33,950 nt of DNA from Actinomycetales bacterium (GCA_030149025.1 JASBSH010000160.1:1-33950); one strand, 5' to 3'; positions 17,801 to 28,276 are shown, counted from the stretch's first letter. Numbers and translations: made by a program. The notes: generated from the sequence alone by a model not told the origin.

Positions 17801-18273
17801 CACAACGGGCCAGGTCGGACACACCGGAGATGCCGAGCGACGTCAGCAGCCGCGTCACAGGGTTCGACAAATTCGCCGGCTACGCCTCGAAGCTTGCCAG
17901 CCGCGCCTGGTTCTTCACCTTCTGCGTGCTCCTCGTGGTGATCTGGGCGCCGTCGTTCTTCCTGCTCAAGAACATCGACACCTGGCAGCTGATCATCAAC
18001 ACCGTGACGACGATCGTCACGTTCCTCATGGTGGCACTGCTGCAGAACAGTCAGACCCGTGCCGACCAGGCGGTGCAGCACAAGCTGAACGCCATCGCGG
18101 ACGCCCTTGCCGACCTGATGGAGCACGTCGCTCAAGAGACGCAGGCGGACGACCGGAAGACCGACCTGCAGCACGACATGACGGAACTGAAGGACGCGGT
18201 CGGTCTGGAGAACCGCGAGAGCACCTCGAACAACAGCCGGCAAGCCGAATCCAGCGGCGCTTCACCCCGCTGA
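17797..18273 (+). CDS. Low-affinity iron permease family protein
   Basis: DTWQLIINTVTTIVTFLMVALLQNSQTRADQAVQHKLNAI; AGGAGG RBS. Confidence 0.88.
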   Translation: MTQRARSDTPEMPSDVSSRVTGFDKFAGYASKLASRAWFFTFCVLLVVIWAPSFFLLKNIDTWQLIINTVTTIVTFLMVALLQNSQTRADQAVQHKLNAIADALADLMEHVAQETQADDRKTDLQHDMTELKDAVGLENRESTSNNSRQAESSGASPR

Positions 18274-18297
18274 CCCGGGCTGCAGCCGCCGCACGTA

Positions 18298-19947
18298 TCA
18301 GCCCGGCTCCCGCACCACCTCGAGCAGGTCGTTCTCGTCGATCAGCTCGCGCGAGAGGGTGCGGTACCCCTCGGTCTCGAACAGCACCGTGATCCGGTCG
18401 TCCTCATGGCTCATGACCACCCCGGCGCCCCACTCGACGTGCCGCACATGGGACTGCAGCGGGAACGGCTCGTCACCCACCGGCTCCTCCCCTGCCTCCT
18501 CCTCGTACGCCGATCCCGACGCGCACGTGTCACAGTTGCCGCAGGACTCCGGCAGGTCCTCACCGAAGTACCCCAGCAGGAACACCCGCCGACAGCCCAG
18601 CGTCTCGGCGTAGCCGCGCATCATCTCGATACGCGACTGGTCGATCCGCTGGCGCGTCTGTGCCGCCTCCACGGCGCCCCTCACGGCGTCCTCGGCCGAC
18701 GTCGACCGGCTGCCCCGCACTCCCCTCTTCGACGAGGTGACGGCCCCGGCCTCCTCGAGCAGGTTGACCAGCCCGGTCACCTTTCGGCCGGACAGGCCCG
18801 TCTGGTCCGCAAGGTCCTTGAGCCGCAACGGTTTCTCCGAGCCCCGCAGCACCGAAAAGACCTTCCCCAGTGCCTCCTCGTCCGGCTTTCGGCCCGTGAA
18901 GAACCTCCGCAGACCGAGGTCTTCGGGCCGGTAGTGGAGGACGGCGACCGCGGGCTCCCCGTCCCGGCCGGCCCTGCCGATCTCCTGGTAGTAGCTGTCG
19001 ATGGAGTCCGGGACCGACGCGTGCACCACGAAGCGCACGTTCGGCTTGTCGATACCCATTCCGAAGGCCGAGGTCGCGACGACGACCTGCGTGTCGTCGT
19101 CCATGAAGCTCTTGTGCACGTGCCGACGGTCGGCGGCCCTCATGCCGGCGTGGTAGGCCGCAGCCCGCAGACCCCGGTCGCACAGCTCCTGCGCGTACTG
19201 CTCGGTGTCCTTGCGGGTGGCGACGTAGACGAGGCCGGCACCCTCCGACCCCGCGACCTGCTCGATCACCCCTTCGCGTTTGGACCGGTCCTCGATGTGC
19301 CGCACCACTTCCAGGCGCAGGTTCGGACGGTCGAACCCCCGGACGACGACACGCGGCTCGCGCAGGCCCAGTCGCGTCACGATCTCCTCCCGAACGGGAG
19401 GCGAGGCAGTGGCTGTCAGGGCCACCACCGTGGGGTGCCCGAGACGCTCGATCACGGATCCAAGGCGGAGGTAGTCGGGTCGGAAGTCGTGACCCCAGGC
19501 GGAGACGCAGTGCGCTTCGTCGACGACGAACAGGGACGGCTTCAGCCCCCGCACCCGTTGGACCACATCGTCTTTCGCCAGCTGCTCCGGTGAGAGGAAC
19601 AGGTACTCGGCGCCGTCCCTACTGACCGCCTTCCACGCCTCGTCGGTCTCCCCCCGGCCCTGCGCGGAGTTCACCGCAACCGCGTCGGGCGCGTCGTCGG
19701 CGGCGTCGATACCGGCGACCTGGTCGCGCTGGAGCGCGATCAGCGGGGAGACCACGATCGTCGGGCCGTCGAGCAGCACCGCCGGCACCTGGTAGATCGC
19801 GGACTTGCCGTGGCCGGTCGGCATGACGGCAAGGGTGTCGCGGCCCTTGAGCACCGCCGTCATCGCGTCGAGCTGGCCGGGACGCAGCCTCTCCCAGCCG
19901 AACGACTCGCGCGCGACCTTGCGCAGCGCCTCAGATTCCTGGCTCAC
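18298..19947 (-). CDS. RecQ family ATP-dependent DNA helicase
   Basis: [53 protein letters not shown], Zn site CRR..YFGE..CGNCDTC. Confidence 0.95.
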   Translation of the reverse strand: MSQESEALRKVARESFGWERLRPGQLDAMTAVLKGRDTLAVMPTGHGKSAIYQVPAVLLDGPTIVVSPLIALQRDQVAGIDAADDAPDAVAVNSAQGRGETDEAWKAVSRDGAEYLFLSPEQLAKDDVVQRVRGLKPSLFVVDEAHCVSAWGHDFRPDYLRLGSVIERLGHPTVVALTATASPPVREEIVTRLGLREPRVVVRGFDRPNLRLEVVRHIEDRSKREGVIEQVAGSEGAGLVYVATRKDTEQYAQELCDRGLRAAAYHAGMRAADRRHVHKSFMDDDTQVVVATSAFGMGIDKPNVRFVVHASVPDSIDSYYQEIGRAGRDGEPAVAVLHYRPEDLGLRRFFTGRKPDEEALGKVFSVLRGSEKPLRLKDLADQTGLSGRKVTGLVNLLEEAGAVTSSKRGVRGSRSTSAEDAVRGAVEAAQTRQRIDQSRIEMMRGYAETLGCRRVFLLGYFGEDLPESCGNCDTCASGSAYEEEAGEEPVGDEPFPLQSHVRHVEWGAGVVMSHEDDRITVLFETEGYRTLSRELIDENDLLEVVREPG

Positions 19948-19985
19948 GGACGCCTCTTACCCAGCGCGAAGCGGTGCAACTGCCC

Positions 19986-21347
19986 TCACCTCGCCCGAAG
20001 TCGCAGCGGCAGCCCGCCACGGGGCCGCATGGTGACCAGCGCGTCCACCTCTACCGGCTTACCGGCGTCCGGACCCACCGGCTCGACGATGTGGCCGCGC
20101 AGCAGTGTGGCGAGCATGAGCACCGACTCGACGAGCGAGAAGTCCCGGCCGATGCACAGCCTCGGGCCGGCACCGAACGGCAGGTACGAGCCGCCGGCCG
20201 CACGGGCAGCCCGGTTACCGCGGCGGTCGCCGCGCTCCAGGAAGCGGGCCGGGTCGAAGACCTCCGGCTGGGGCCAGTCCTGCTCACGACGGTGCAGCAG
20301 CCAGGGGCTGATGATCACGAGAGTGCCTGCCGGGATGGGGATCTCGTCGAGCACATCCTCCGCAACGGCCTTGCGGCTGACCACCCACGCCGGTGGGTAG
20401 AGGCGCAGGGACTCGTCGACCACGGCACGGGTCCAGCGCAGCTCGCCGAGGTCAGCCCACCCGGGGTCCCGGCCCGCCGCGGCTGGGCCGAGCACATCGT
20501 CCAGCTCGACGTGCAGCCTTTGCTGCACCTCCGGATGCGTGGCCAGCAGGTGCAGGGTCCAGGCGAGCGACGTCGCGACGGTCTCGTGCCCGGCGATCAC
20601 CATGGTGACGAGCTCGTCGCGGAGCTGGCGTGCGTCGATGAGCCCCTCGTCGACCGCGACCAGCAGCAGGCCGAGCAGGTCGTCGTCCCGCTGCCCGGTC
20701 GCAGACCGGCGCTCAGCCACGAGACGCGCGCTGGCGTCGTCCAGAGCCGAGTTCGCCTGCGCCAGAGCACGATTGCCGGGCGTGGGCAACCAGCCGGGGA
20801 CGGGCAGCGGTGTCCTGACGCGCTGCACGACTACGTCGAGGGCGCCGAGCACGGCCTGGATCAGGTCGTCTCCGCGACCGTGCAGGTCGGAGCCGAACAG
20901 GGTACGCCCGATCACCGCCATCGTGGCTGCCAGGCATGCCTGCTCGACGTCCACGACGCAGCCGGGTGCAGCCGTCCACGTCGCCCGCAGCGCACCGGCG
21001 GCCGTGACGGCCGCGCGCGCGACGACGTCCAGAGTGCTGTGGTGGAACGCCGGCTGAGCGAGCCGGCGGGACCGGCGCCAGACGTCACCGTCCGACGTGA
21101 GCAGGCCCTGGCCGGTGACCAGGGACAGCGAGGAGTACTGGGCCGTGTGCTTGGTGTAGCCACGGTGGCCGGCAACGAGCACCCGGTGAGCCGCTGACGG
21201 GGTGTTCGCCAGCAGCACCGGGGTGCGGGGCATGGGGAAGGCGACCAGGTCGCCGTACCGCGCCACCGTCCGGGCCAGGAACGCGAGGGGGTCGCGCCTG
21301 ATCTCGGGGACCGCCCGGACCATCTCGCCCGGAAGCGGGCCGTCCAC
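19986..21347 (-). CDS. Cytochrome P450
   Basis: AGHETVA, ESLRLYPP, FDPARF, FGAGPRLCIG heme motif. Confidence 0.95.
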   Translation of the reverse strand: MDGPLPGEMVRAVPEIRRDPLAFLARTVARYGDLVAFPMPRTPVLLANTPSAAHRVLVAGHRGYTKHTAQYSSLSLVTGQGLLTSDGDVWRRSRRLAQPAFHHSTLDVVARAAVTAAGALRATWTAAPGCVVDVEQACLAATMAVIGRTLFGSDLHGRGDDLIQAVLGALDVVVQRVRTPLPVPGWLPTPGNRALAQANSALDDASARLVAERRSATGQRDDDLLGLLLVAVDEGLIDARQLRDELVTMVIAGHETVATSLAWTLHLLATHPEVQQRLHVELDDVLGPAAAGRDPGWADLGELRWTRAVVDESLRLYPPAWVVSRKAVAEDVLDEIPIPAGTLVIISPWLLHRREQDWPQPEVFDPARFLERGDRRGNRAARAAGGSYLPFGAGPRLCIGRDFSLVESVLMLATLLRGHIVEPVGPDAGKPVEVDALVTMRPRGGLPLRLRAR

Positions 21348-21379
21348 TGGCAGGACGGTGTAGCGGGCGTTGCGCCGTG

Positions 21380-21745
21380 TCAGAGGTACAGCCCGGTCTG
21401 GCCGTCGGAGGCACGCGGGCTGGCGAGGGCATGGATGTCCCGCTCGCGCAGCAGCAGGTAGTCCTTGCCGTCGAGCTCGACCTCGCCACGGTCCTCCGGG
21501 TCGAACAGGACCCGGTCCCCGACCTTGACCTGGCGAACGTGCTGTCCCGCGGCCACCACCTCGCCCCAGGCCAGTCGCTTGCCGACGGAGGCCGTGGCCG
21601 GGATGACGATGCCCGCGGACGACCGCCGCTCCGCGGACTCCTCGCTCAACGAGACCAGCACGCGGTCGTGCAGCATGCGGATGGGGAGCCGGTCTGGTTC
21701 GGCTCGGTCGGATCGTTGCGATCCCGCTCCGGTGGTCGTACTCAC
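21380..21745 (-). CDS. GroES/Cpn10 family co-chaperone (orphan paralog)
   Basis: MLHDRVLV..RSSAGIVIPATA..VVAAG..VKVGDRVLF..YLLLRERDI; GTG 21745 after TAGCGT -10; no adjacent groEL. Confidence 0.9.
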   Translation of the reverse strand: MSTTTGAGSQRSDRAEPDRLPIRMLHDRVLVSLSEESAERRSSAGIVIPATASVGKRLAWGEVVAAGQHVRQVKVGDRVLFDPEDRGEVELDGKDYLLLRERDIHALASPRASDGQTGLYL

Positions 21746-21755
21746 CCGCAAGACG

Positions 21756-22064
21756 CTACCGGGCGTGCTTGGCGCGCTTGCGGCTGCGCCTCCACACCAC
21801 CAGCGCGATGTACGCGCTGATCAGGGCGACGACGGCGGCGATGCGCTCCGCCCGCAGCGACCCGTCCTCCCGCGTCACCGCGTTCTGCGCCTTGCGCTGG
21901 GCGTCGTCGGCGATCTGCCGGCCGAGCACCTTCGGCTGCAAACGGTGGTTCAGCTCGTCGACGGTGGCGGCCAGCCGGCGCTGGCGCTCGGCGATGGCGG
22001 CCTGGATCGCCACCGGGTCCTGCGGGATCGGCGCCTGAGCGGCGGGGCCTGGCGTGATCGTCAT
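21756..22064 (-). CDS. DUF3618 domain protein
   Basis: DPVAIQAAIAERQRRLAATVDELNHRLQPK plus C-terminal TM; usual position between bcp and groES. Confidence 0.85.
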   Translation of the reverse strand: MTITPGPAAQAPIPQDPVAIQAAIAERQRRLAATVDELNHRLQPKVLGRQIADDAQRKAQNAVTREDGSLRAERIAAVVALISAYIALVVWRRSRKRAKHAR

Positions 22065-22249
22065 GGGGTGGACGCTACCGCGGTCTAGATCGCGAGGCAC
22101 CCGGCACCGACGAGGATCGAACCCGTACGGCAGCTCGAGCCGGTGCTCTGGCATGAGGTTGCGGTCCGCGAGCAGGTCCCTGATCGGGAGTCCGCGACGA
22201 TGCGGCCTGCGCCCATGAGCACGGACCCTCACACAGCTAGCCTGACGGC

Positions 22250-22729
22250 ATGACCGAGACCACGACCGGCCTGTCCGTGGGCGACACCGCACCCGACTTC
22301 ACCCTGCCGACCGACGACGGCGGCACCTTCACGCTGTCCGACCACCGCGGCAAGCACGTCATCGTGTACTTCTACCCCGCCGCGATGACGCCGGGCTGCA
22401 CCACGCAGGCCTGCGACTTCCGGGACAGCCTGTCCTCGCTGCAGGCCCAGGGGTACGAGGTGGTGGGCATCTCCCCCGACACCCCGGAGAAGCTCGCGAA
22501 GTTCCGCGAGCGCGACGCCTTGACGTTTCCCCTGGCGAGCGACCCGGACAAGAAGGTGCTGAACGCGTACGGCGCGTGGGGTGAGAAGAAGAACTACGGC
22601 CGCACGGTGCAGGGCGTGATCCGGTCGACGGTTGTCGTGGACCCGGACGGCAAGGTCGAGCACGCCGCGTACAACGTGAAGGCGACCGGGCACGTGGCCA
22701 AGCTGCGGAGGGATCTCGGCCTGGACTGA
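22250..22729 (+). CDS. bcp: Thioredoxin-dependent thiol peroxidase (BCP)
   Basis: [34 protein letters not shown]. Confidence 0.96.
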   Translation: MTETTTGLSVGDTAPDFTLPTDDGGTFTLSDHRGKHVIVYFYPAAMTPGCTTQACDFRDSLSSLQAQGYEVVGISPDTPEKLAKFRERDALTFPLASDPDKKVLNAYGAWGEKKNYGRTVQGVIRSTVVVDPDGKVEHAAYNVKATGHVAKLRRDLGLD

Positions 22730-22768
22730 CCAGACGGATGCAACGCGGTCACGTAAAAGGTCGCGGAG

Positions 22769-23005
22769 TCAGGCCGCAGGGTGGCGAGGCTGGTCCAGAC
22801 GGTTAGCGATCCAGACCTTGATGACGGACTGTCGTGTGACACCGAGCCGCCGTGCCTCTCGGTCAAGGGCGTCGACCATCCATGCGGGAAAGTCGACGTT
22901 GACCCGGCGCTGCTCGTGTCCGGGCCGGCGTGCCTTGTCCAGGTCGAGGTCGGCAGTGATGTCCTCTCCCTGATCGAACCGGGTGTCGAACTGTTCAGCC
23001 TTCAT
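22769..23005 (-). CDS. brnA: BrnA-type (CopG/RHH) antitoxin
   Basis: MKAEQFDTRFDQGEDI..RRVNVDFPAWMVDALDREARRLGVTRQSVIKVWI; overlaps the toxin stop. Confidence 0.85.
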   Translation of the reverse strand: MKAEQFDTRFDQGEDITADLDLDKARRPGHEQRRVNVDFPAWMVDALDREARRLGVTRQSVIKVWIANRLDQPRHPAA

Positions 23006-23255
23006 AGATCGCCGCTTCCTCCTTCCGTGCTCGGCGAACCGAGATCAGCCTGACCCGATCACCTCGGTAGGTGATCACCGCCGAGTAGCGGATTTCGTTG
23101 ATGGAACCGATGACTAGCCACCGGGGCTCGTCCTCGGTCCGTGCGGGCACTTCGACACGGTCGGGGTCGTCCCACAACGCTTGCGCGTCGACGAAGCCGA
23201 TGCCGTGCTTGCGCTGATTGGCGTCGCTCTTGTCGGGATCAAACTCAAACTCCAC
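22995..23255 (-). CDS. brnT: BrnT family ribonuclease toxin
   Basis: MEFEFDPDKSDANQRKHGIGF..EPRWLVIG..RLISVRRARKEE. Confidence 0.92.
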   Translation of the reverse strand: MEFEFDPDKSDANQRKHGIGFVDAQALWDDPDRVEVPARTEDEPRWLVIGSINEIRYSAVITYRGDRVRLISVRRARKEEAAIYEG

Positions 23256-23273
23256 CGATCAGTCCCTCTTCTG

Positions 23274-23288
23274 GTATAGAAACTATAC
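23274..23288. promoter_or_regulatory. Palindrome GTATAG-AAA-CTATAC, candidate BrnA operator/promoter
   Basis: Perfect AT-rich inverted repeat about 20 bp upstream of the brnT start; contains TATAGT -10-like hexamer on the minus strand. Confidence 0.55.
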
Positions 23289-23289
23289 G

Positions 23290-23365
23290 ACTTCGCCAAG
23301 CCGATCATCGAGTCGATCGCATTCGTCGAGAGGAGAGTTCGCGCCAGAGTGGGCGGCAACACACC
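23290..23365 (-). mobile_element. Short IS256-family transposase fragment
   Basis: GVLPPTLARTLLSTNAIDSMIG resembles the IS256 motif ..PTLARTLRSTNxIES..; abuts the tRNA-Leu 3' end. Confidence 0.55.
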
Positions 23366-23369
23366 TGGG

Positions 23370-23451
23370 TGCGGGAGGCGGGAATCGAACCCGCACGCCG
23401 TGAGGCACAGAATCCTAAGTCCTGCGTGTCTACCTGTTCCACCACTCCCGC
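23370..23451 (-). tRNA. tRNA-Leu (TAG)
   Basis: GCGGGAGTGGTGGAACAGGTAGACACGCAGGACTTAGGATTCTGTGCCTCACGGCGTGCGGGTTCGATTCCCGCCTCCCGCA; long variable arm. Confidence 0.95.
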
Positions 23452-23467
23452 GAGCAGACGCAGACTA

Positions 23468-23491
23468 CCCGGCGGGTCCTCCCCCGCCGGG
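23468..23491. terminator. GC-rich hairpin downstream of the D-amino-acid dehydrogenase gene
   Basis: CCCGGCGGG-tcctcc-CCCGCCGGG. Confidence 0.4.
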
Positions 23492-23520
23492 GAGTGCGTG
23501 GTCCGCTGGTCTGCCGAGGT

Positions 23521-24783
23521 TCAGCGCAACGGGTCGAACGGCGCGAGCTCGAGCGGCCGGCGTCCGGTCGCAATCTGTTCCGCGAGCAGCTGCCCAGTCA
23601 GCGGGCCGAGCGAGATCCCCCACATCCCGTGCCCGCCAGCCACGTACACGCCGCGCTGGGCCGTGGCGCCGATCAGCGGCAGACCGTCGGCGGTGCAGGG
23701 CCGCGAGCCCACCCACTCGTCGTGACGGTCGTCGAGATTCACACCGGCGAGCAGCGGCCGAGCGGCGTCGACGATCGCCTTGATCCGCCGCGGGTCGAGA
23801 GCGGCGTCGGGCGAACGGAACTCCATCATCCCCGCGACGCGCAGCCGGTCACCGAGCGGTGTGCAGGCCACCCGCTGCGCCGGGAAGTAGATCGGCGCCT
23901 TCACCGGCTGCGGAACCGCGACGCTGAAGCTGTAGCCGCGCCCCGCCTGGACGATCCGCTTCACGCCCAACGGTTTCGCGAGCCGGTTCAGCCAGGCGCC
24001 GGTCGCCACGACGACGGCGTCGTAGGTCTCGGGGCCGGCCGACGTCCACACCGCGGGGGCGTTGTTGTACTGGTCGACCCGTGTGATCTCCACGCCCTCG
24101 GTGACCTTGCCGCCGCGGCTGCGCACCGAGTCGGCGAGGGCGTTGACGAACTCGCCCGGGTTGATGAACCGCTGCCCGTGCAGCAGCAGCGCGGCCTTCA
24201 CCTCGCTCGAGAGCGCCGGCTCGGCCGCGCGCGCCTCCTCCCCCGTCACGACGTCGACCTCGATGCCCTGGCCGGCCGCGCGGATGTGCTCGAGCTCCTC
24301 GAGGAGGACCTTGCGCTCCTCCTCGCTGCGGTAGGCGGCGATGAACGGCTCGGCGGGCCGCGTCTGCGACTTCACCCCGTTCTCGGTGAGGGTGTCGAAG
24401 GCGGCGAGCGCCAGGCGGTTCACCGGCACCAGCTGGTTCATCGCCCGCTGCCAGGCCTTGGTCGTCGAGTGGCCGACGAACCCGAGCAGGAAGCGGATGA
24501 GGCTGGGATCCGCCTTGGGCGGCACGTACACCGGCGAGGAGGGGCTCACCACTGCCTTGATGCCGTATCTCAGGACGGCCGGTTCCGGCAGCGGCGTCGT
24601 GATGCCGGGGGTCAGCCAGCCGGCGTTGCCCCACGAGGATCCCGCCGCCACGTGGTCGCGTTCGTAGACGGTCACCTCCACGCCCCTCTCCTGCAGGAAC
24701 CATGCGGTCGCGAGACCGACCATCCCGCCGCCGATGACGGCGACCCGGGACGGGGACGGCGAGGGGCTGGGTTGGGTGCTCAT
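23521..24783 (-). CDS. FAD-dependent D-amino-acid dehydrogenase (DadA/DAO family)
   Basis: VAVIGGGMVG, GSSWGNAG, VVVATGAW, GRGYS, WVGSRPCTADGLPLIG, GGHGMWGISLGP. Confidence 0.92.
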   Translation of the reverse strand: MSTQPSPSPSPSRVAVIGGGMVGLATAWFLQERGVEVTVYERDHVAAGSSWGNAGWLTPGITTPLPEPAVLRYGIKAVVSPSSPVYVPPKADPSLIRFLLGFVGHSTTKAWQRAMNQLVPVNRLALAAFDTLTENGVKSQTRPAEPFIAAYRSEEERKVLLEELEHIRAAGQGIEVDVVTGEEARAAEPALSSEVKAALLLHGQRFINPGEFVNALADSVRSRGGKVTEGVEITRVDQYNNAPAVWTSAGPETYDAVVVATGAWLNRLAKPLGVKRIVQAGRGYSFSVAVPQPVKAPIYFPAQRVACTPLGDRLRVAGMMEFRSPDAALDPRRIKAIVDAARPLLAGVNLDDRHDEWVGSRPCTADGLPLIGATAQRGVYVAGGHGMWGISLGPLTGQLLAEQIATGRRPLELAPFDPLR

Positions 24784-24914
24784 CTGGCGGTACGTCCTCC
24801 GGCACGAAGTGGGTGAGGTCCTGCTCACACCATGGGCGGGGCGACCTGCGATGTCATCATTCTGAGAAGACAAAGCAGCCGGCGCAGGTTGGCCTGACAG
24901 CACAAGGAGGTTTC

Positions 24915-26492
24915 GTGGCGACGGTTCGTGAGCTCGTGAACGCCGTGGGGCCCGCCCTGCTGGGGGTCGCCCACGGTGAGGGTGGCGAGAACGTGCGTGA
25001 CGTCGTCCTCGTCCCGGTCGGCGAGGACGGGAGCGCGAACGGCGAGCCCGGCGACCTCGTGCTGTGCATGGGGTCGGACGCCGGCGATGCGCTGCTTGAG
25101 ACCCTGCGGCAGCTCGCGGGGGCGGGGGTCGCGGCGGTGGCGGTCGCCGCTGATACGGCGGGACGACCGGACGTGATCGCGCTCGCCGAGGAGAAGAAGC
25201 TGTGCCTGCTCTCGGTGCCGGCGGGCGCCGGCTGGGCACAGCTGGTGTGGCTGCTGATCGGGTTGCTGGAGGCGGCGCCGGACAGGCCACAGGAGGGACC
25301 AGCCAGCAGCTTCGGGGAGCTGTTCACGCTCGCCGACGCGGTGGAGGGCGTGCTGGGCGGTCCGGTGACGATCGAGGACGCCGCGTCGCGGGTGCTGGCG
25401 CACTCGGCGCGGCAGGAGGGGGCGGACCCGGCGCGGCTGTCGACGATCGTCGGGCGACGCGTGCCGGCCGAGCTGACGGAGCGGTTCCGGTCGACCGGGG
25501 TGCTGCGGGCCCTCCAGCGGTCGGACGAGCCGGTGCTCGTGCCCTCGTGGGGGCCGGGGATCTCGCCGCGGCTCGTCATCCCGATCCGGGCCGGCCGAGA
25601 ACTGCTCGGCTCGATCTGGGCGGCGGTCGACCACGACGTGCCGCCGGGGGGTGCGGCCGAGCTGCAGCGCATGGTGGCGCTGCTCGCGCTGCATCTGCTC
25701 CGGCTGCGCGCACAGGAGGACCTCGTCGGGCGGTTGGAGGCCGAGCGGCTGCGGGGGGCGCTCACCGGCGGTTCGCCGTCGGGTTGGGCACCCCCCGGGG
25801 AGGCGCCGTGGCGGGTGGTGGCTCTCGCCGAGAACACCAGGACGCCGAGCCTCGGCCACGCCGAGCGGTGGCGCTCGGTGCTGCGCTGGAACGGTTGGCG
25901 CACACCGCTTGTCGCGGAGGTGGACGGCCTCGCCTTCGCCCTCGTCTACTCAGGGAGCGGGGCGACTCCGGGCAGCTGGGACTGGCTGGTGCGCACCACG
26001 GCGACCGGGCTCGTGGCTGCTTCGTCGCCGGTGCGGGCAGCCGGTGGACTTGTCGAGGCCCGCGCTGAGGCCGCTGAGGTGATGCAGCTGCTGCGTGCCG
26101 GACCGATGGGGCTGGACCGGGGTGGTGGTGGTGGGCAGGAGCGGCAGGTCGTCGCAGCGGAGGACGCCTGGGCGGCGCTGGTGGTGTCGAGGGCGGTGGC
26201 GACGGTGGGTGATGCCGGCGCCTCGGCGGGGTCCGCCGTTGCCGGTGGGCCGCTGAGTCGCCTGCTGGCCCATGATGCTGCGAACGGGACCGACCTGGCC
26301 CGAACGCTGGCCGCGCACCTCGCTCACCCTGGCGACCCACGTGCGGCGGCCGGGCGCCTTCATGTGCATCCCAACACGTTTCGCTACCGGATGCGCAAGA
26401 TCGCCGAGATCGCTCCGATGGACCTGGACGACGAGCTGGTCCGGTTGGCGGTCCAGCTGCAGCTTCTCGCCGCGCTCCGCCCTCTGCGCTGA
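24915..26492 (+). CDS. PucR/CdaR family transcriptional regulator
   Basis: GAF-like centre; C-terminal AAGRLHVHPNTFRYRMRKI; AAGGAGG RBS before GTG 24915; divergent from the dehydrogenase. Confidence 0.92.
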   Translation: MATVRELVNAVGPALLGVAHGEGGENVRDVVLVPVGEDGSANGEPGDLVLCMGSDAGDALLETLRQLAGAGVAAVAVAADTAGRPDVIALAEEKKLCLLSVPAGAGWAQLVWLLIGLLEAAPDRPQEGPASSFGELFTLADAVEGVLGGPVTIEDAASRVLAHSARQEGADPARLSTIVGRRVPAELTERFRSTGVLRALQRSDEPVLVPSWGPGISPRLVIPIRAGRELLGSIWAAVDHDVPPGGAAELQRMVALLALHLLRLRAQEDLVGRLEAERLRGALTGGSPSGWAPPGEAPWRVVALAENTRTPSLGHAERWRSVLRWNGWRTPLVAEVDGLAFALVYSGSGATPGSWDWLVRTTATGLVAASSPVRAAGGLVEARAEAAEVMQLLRAGPMGLDRGGGGGQERQVVAAEDAWAALVVSRAVATVGDAGASAGSAVAGGPLSRLLAHDAANGTDLARTLAAHLAHPGDPRAAAGRLHVHPNTFRYRMRKIAEIAPMDLDDELVRLAVQLQLLAALRPLR

Positions 26493-26585
26493 TCATGAAA
26501 CTCCGGTTCACGGTCTGTACCGGATTTTCATGATCACCGCGTTATGCTCGCCGCGATCGGGCTGGGATCACCGCAGCGGGATGGG

Positions 26586-28160
26586 TCACGTGACGGTGAC
26601 CGTGCGGGTGTGCCACCCGGTCGCGCCATCGGGGGCCAGGGGCGCCTCGCGACCCGTTTGAACCTGACCCGTCCCGTCAATGGCCCGCACGGTCAGCCGG
26701 TGCTCTCCGGGTGTCGCGGCCCAGGGGAACCACCACTGCCGCCATGTGTCGGGACCAGGCACCTGCGCGAGCCGGGCGCGTTGCCAGCTGTCGTCGTCCA
26801 CCTTGATCTCGACCGCCTCGATGCCGCGGTGCTGCGCCCACGCGACCCCGGCGATCGTGACCGGGCCGGCTTGCACGGTCTCGAACCGCCCTGGCACGTC
26901 GATGCGCGAGGCGGTCTTCACGGGTCCGCGAGGCGCCCAGCCACGGTCGGTCCAGTAGGCGGTGCGGTCAGCGAACCGGGTGACTTCGAGGTCGACCACC
27001 CATTTCGTCGCCGAGACGTAGCCGTAGAGACCGGCAACCACCATCCGCACCGGGTAGCCGTGCGCGACCGGCAGGGGCTGACCGTTCATGCCGATGGCCA
27101 GCAGGGCGTCGCGGCCGTCGAGGAGGACGTCGAGCGGCGTGGAGGCGGTGAAACCGTCGGCGCTGGTGGACAGCACCATGTCGGCGTCTGGGTGGGGCCC
27201 GGCCTGGCGGAGGACGCGGGCGATCGGATAGCCCAGCCACTTGGCGTTGCCGGCGAGGTTGCCGCCGACCTCGTTCGAGACGCAGGTGAGCGTCAGGTAG
27301 GTCTCGACCAGGTCAGCGGCGAGCAGGTCGTCGAAGGTAAGCTCGACCTCCCGGTCGACGAGGCCGTGCACCTTCAGCCGCCACCCGGCTGCATCGACCT
27401 GCGGCAGGGCGAGGGCGGTGTCGACCCGGTAGAAGTCGTCGTTGTCCGTGATGAAGGGTGTGAGGCCGGAGATCTTCACCGAGGCCCCGGCGGGAAGCGG
27501 TGCGGCAGGGCGGACCGGTGCCGGCAGGCTGAGTGCGGCGCGGGCGCTGGCGACGGTTCTGGATGCGGTGCTGACGGTACGGGCCGCGGCCCACGTGAGC
27601 CCGGCGCCGAGAGCGACAAGCGTTGCGTTGGTGAGGAACTCGCGTCGGTTGGGGGCGCGGGCGACTTGCTGGGCGCTGGTGGCGCGTCGGTCGTCGGCAG
27701 GCTGCCGAACCGGGGCGCGGCGCAGTAAGAAGCGGAGCACAAGGAGCCCGACCACCGTGCCGAGCAGGGTCGGGGCGACGTCAAGCGGTCCGGCTGCCGG
27801 CCGGGTCGCCGCGGCCGTTGCAGCGACGAGACCGAGGATGATCGCGAGCGCCGCTCCAGCAGCCCATCGCCATGCCGCGAGGACGCCGGCCGCTGCCGAG
27901 AGGAGCGCGACGACGAGCACGATGGCGATGGTCAGGACGAGCTTGTCCTGGGTGCCGAACGTCCTGATCGCGAAGTCCTTGAGCCACGGTGGCGTGAGGT
28001 CGACGAACGCTCCCCCGACAGCGATCAGCGGGGCGGACGTGGGTGAGACGAACGCCGCGGCGAGCTCCGCCGTCGCGATCGTTACGGCACCCGACAGCAG
28101 ACCGGCCAGTGCTGCGAAGGGACGTGCGGTTGGTCCCACCCGCTCAGTCTTGCACCGCAC
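26586..28160 (-). CDS. Membrane-anchored molybdopterin oxidoreductase (sulfite oxidase family)
   Basis: FYRVDTAL, LTCVSNEVGGNLAGNAKW, MNGQPLPVAHGYPVRMVVAGLYGYVSATKW; N-terminal TM segments; start approximate. Confidence 0.92.
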   Translation of the reverse strand: MRCKTERVGPTARPFAALAGLLSGAVTIATAELAAAFVSPTSAPLIAVGGAFVDLTPPWLKDFAIRTFGTQDKLVLTIAIVLVVALLSAAAGVLAAWRWAAGAALAIILGLVAATAAATRPAAGPLDVAPTLLGTVVGLLVLRFLLRRAPVRQPADDRRATSAQQVARAPNRREFLTNATLVALGAGLTWAAARTVSTASRTVASARAALSLPAPVRPAAPLPAGASVKISGLTPFITDNDDFYRVDTALALPQVDAAGWRLKVHGLVDREVELTFDDLLAADLVETYLTLTCVSNEVGGNLAGNAKWLGYPIARVLRQAGPHPDADMVLSTSADGFTASTPLDVLLDGRDALLAIGMNGQPLPVAHGYPVRMVVAGLYGYVSATKWVVDLEVTRFADRTAYWTDRGWAPRGPVKTASRIDVPGRFETVQAGPVTIAGVAWAQHRGIEAVEIKVDDDSWQRARLAQVPGPDTWRQWWFPWAATPGEHRLTVRAIDGTGQVQTGREAPLAPDGATGWHTRTVTVT

Positions 28161-28276
28161 GCCGCCACACAGGCGAGCCCATCCGGGCTATGGACGAGTG
28201 GTCATCCGCGGCGGAACATGGACCGCGGTACGGCCCGGCGAGCCCTCCGGGCGGCCAGGAAGAAGGATGGAGCCCC

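Noticed and set aside
16966-18273. 435-aa hydrolase-permease fusion
   Set aside because: Chance in-frame join of a decayed hydrolase to a permease that has its own RBS and ATG at 17797
22065-22249. Possible small gene between DUF3618 and bcp
   Set aside because: No convincing start or motif; region holds the divergent -10 elements
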